From: a virus
Lineage: Duplodnaviria > Heunggongvirae > Uroviricota > Caudoviricetes
IMG/VR virus record: IMGVR_UViG_2561511241_000003
Direction: 5' to 3' (one strand)
DNA length: 37,150 nucleotides
Below the pieces are notes generated by a model that was given only the letters and a program-made list of their open reading frames with translations, did no database searches and was not told where the DNA came from. Position numbers and translations under genes: made by a program. Positions 35,747 to 37,150 of this stretch are shown here, piece after piece; the first letter of the stretch is position 1, and each line of letters begins with the position of its first letter.

Positions 35747-36088
35747 ATGGTGAACATGTCAAGAGATTACGCCAAAAAACTAAAGGCGATCAGAAATGCG
35801 GAAAAACTTACACAATCTCAGTTTTCGCAAGTAACGGGGGTTTCTGTAGGGACTATAGGAAATTATGAGTCTGGATATAAACCTGCGCGAATTGAGGTTG
35901 TAGAAAAAGTAATCCAAGTCGAGCGATTCGAAAAATACACTATGTGGATACTTCACGACAAAACATTTCCCGCTGCCGGGCAGGTTGCACCGGCTCTCTC
36001 TCTTGATGGCTCTATTCAGTCGGAGGGCGATCAGGTTTCAATCGGCATTACCCAAAAATCACCCCGATCAGGCCGCAATGTTGGCTGA
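35747..36088 (+). CDS. C: immunity repressor (HTH, XRE/C-type)
   Basis: HTH LTQSQFSQVTGVSVGTIGNYESG. Directly upstream of and co-oriented with int, as the C-int operon of P2. SD AAGAGGA upstream of the ATG at 35747. Confidence 0.7.
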   Translation: MVNMSRDYAKKLKAIRNAEKLTQSQFSQVTGVSVGTIGNYESGYKPARIEVVEKVIQVERFEKYTMWILHDKTFPAAGQVAPALSLDGSIQSEGDQVSIGITQKSPRSGRNVG

Positions 36089-36142
36089 CTCTACACATTG
36101 AGCGAATTACATATCGCAAGGAGTGTTTAGTTAATTTATCCG

Positions 36143-37150
36143 TTGGAGGGGCTAATCATGTCGATTAAGCAACTCAAAGACGGACGTTATCAGGTCGATG
36201 TCAGACCGCAGGGGGCGGAAGGAAAGCGGATTCGAAAAATCTTTGCCCTGAAATCAAAGGCTCAGGAGTTTGAGAAGTATGTGTTACAGAACTTTCATGA
36301 CAAGCCATGGCAGGCTAAGCCAGCTGATCAGCGGCGATTATCAGAGCTGCTTGATGCGTGGTGGATGCTTGATGGGCGTAATCAGGCTTACGGGGATAGC
36401 TACAGGGTTAGGCTAGGGAAGGTTGTTCGTGAAATGGGAGATCCTCGCGCCAGTCAGATGACGCGAAAATTTATGCTTGAATATCGGTCAGAGAAATTAC
36501 AGGCCGGATTAATGCCGTCCAGTATTAATCGTGACTTATGCGTACTGTCTACCATGTTCACGGTGCTGATTGAAGCTGAGGTCTTTCACAACGCGAACCC
36601 TGTACGCGGTATACGAAAACTGAAAGTTCAGAACACAGAGATGGCCTTTCTTTCTGATGATGAGATTGAACGGCTTCTTGAGCGACTGGAGGGTGATGCG
36701 CGTCGTGTTGCCATTCTGTGTCTTTCTACTGGTGCCCGATGGAGTGAAGCATCGGAACTACGTGGAGAGCATATCGTTGGCAACCGGGTGACGTTCTTTA
36801 ACACCAAAAACGGAAAATCCCGTTCGGTTCCTGTGGCGGATTCGGTCGTGCCTCTGATTAAAACCCGTCGAACGGGGTTATTGTATCAGGTTGATTATCT
36901 GAAGTTCCGGGAGATTCTTCAGGAGGTGAAACCGGATTTGCCGAAGGGGCAGGCTACGCATGTCATGCGTCATACGTTTGCCACACACTTTATGATGAAT
37001 GGCGGAAATATTGTTACGTTGCAACGAATCCTGGGGCACGCAACGATTCAGCAAACAATGACGTACGCTCATTTTTCGCCGGACTTTTTACAGGACGCGA
37101 TCAACTTTAATCCGCTGGCTGAAAGTGTCCATAAACTGTCCATCGATTAG
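36143..37150 (+). CDS. int: tyrosine integrase (P2 Int family)
   Basis: 335 aa. N-terminus MSIKQLKDGRYQVDVRP and C-terminal catalytic region (R...HVMRHTFATHFMMNGG...LGHATIQQTMTYAH) are typical. Stop codon is at the last 3 bases of the window. Confidence 0.93.
   Translation: MEGLIMSIKQLKDGRYQVDVRPQGAEGKRIRKIFALKSKAQEFEKYVLQNFHDKPWQAKPADQRRLSELLDAWWMLDGRNQAYGDSYRVRLGKVVREMGDPRASQMTRKFMLEYRSEKLQAGLMPSSINRDLCVLSTMFTVLIEAEVFHNANPVRGIRKLKVQNTEMAFLSDDEIERLLERLEGDARRVAILCLSTGARWSEASELRGEHIVGNRVTFFNTKNGKSRSVPVADSVVPLIKTRRTGLLYQVDYLKFREILQEVKPDLPKGQATHVMRHTFATHFMMNGGNIVTLQRILGHATIQQTMTYAHFSPDFLQDAINFNPLAESVHKLSID

Overview
Almost the whole 37.15-kb window is one P2-like temperate phage/prophage of an enterobacterial host. 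Gene calls rest on ORF structure and on protein motifs I recognise from memory; no database search was possible. From the right end inwards: tyrosine integrase and C-type repressor (35.7-37.15 kb), a Cox-like regulator, a run of small early ORFs, replication initiator gpA (28.7-31.5 kb), then an AT-rich two-gene accessory island (25.2-28.6 kb) beside a palindrome-rich putative cos region. The head module Q, P, O, N, M, L follows, then a lysis cassette and tail/baseplate genes R, S, V, W, J, I, H. Next is a Gin/Cin-type invertible tail-fibre segment with its serine invertase, then the sheath/tube/chaperone/tape-measure/U block, D and ogr, and finally a YafO-like toxin gene pair at the left edge. 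The most interesting item is the accessory island: an AAA+ ATPase with a C-terminal HTH followed by a cytoplasmic S8 subtilase, sitting where P2 carries old/tin. It is a strong candidate antiphage or abortive-infection module, reminiscent of IetAS but unverified. Other notable points: an IS629-like element with a 3-bp target duplication splits tail completion gene S, and its transposase is fused in frame by a run of 7 A; the FI-FII-E-T-U block is inverted relative to canonical P2 synteny; the tail fibre has a frame break at a homopolymer in the currently expressed orientation. No rRNA, tRNA or CRISPR array was seen.
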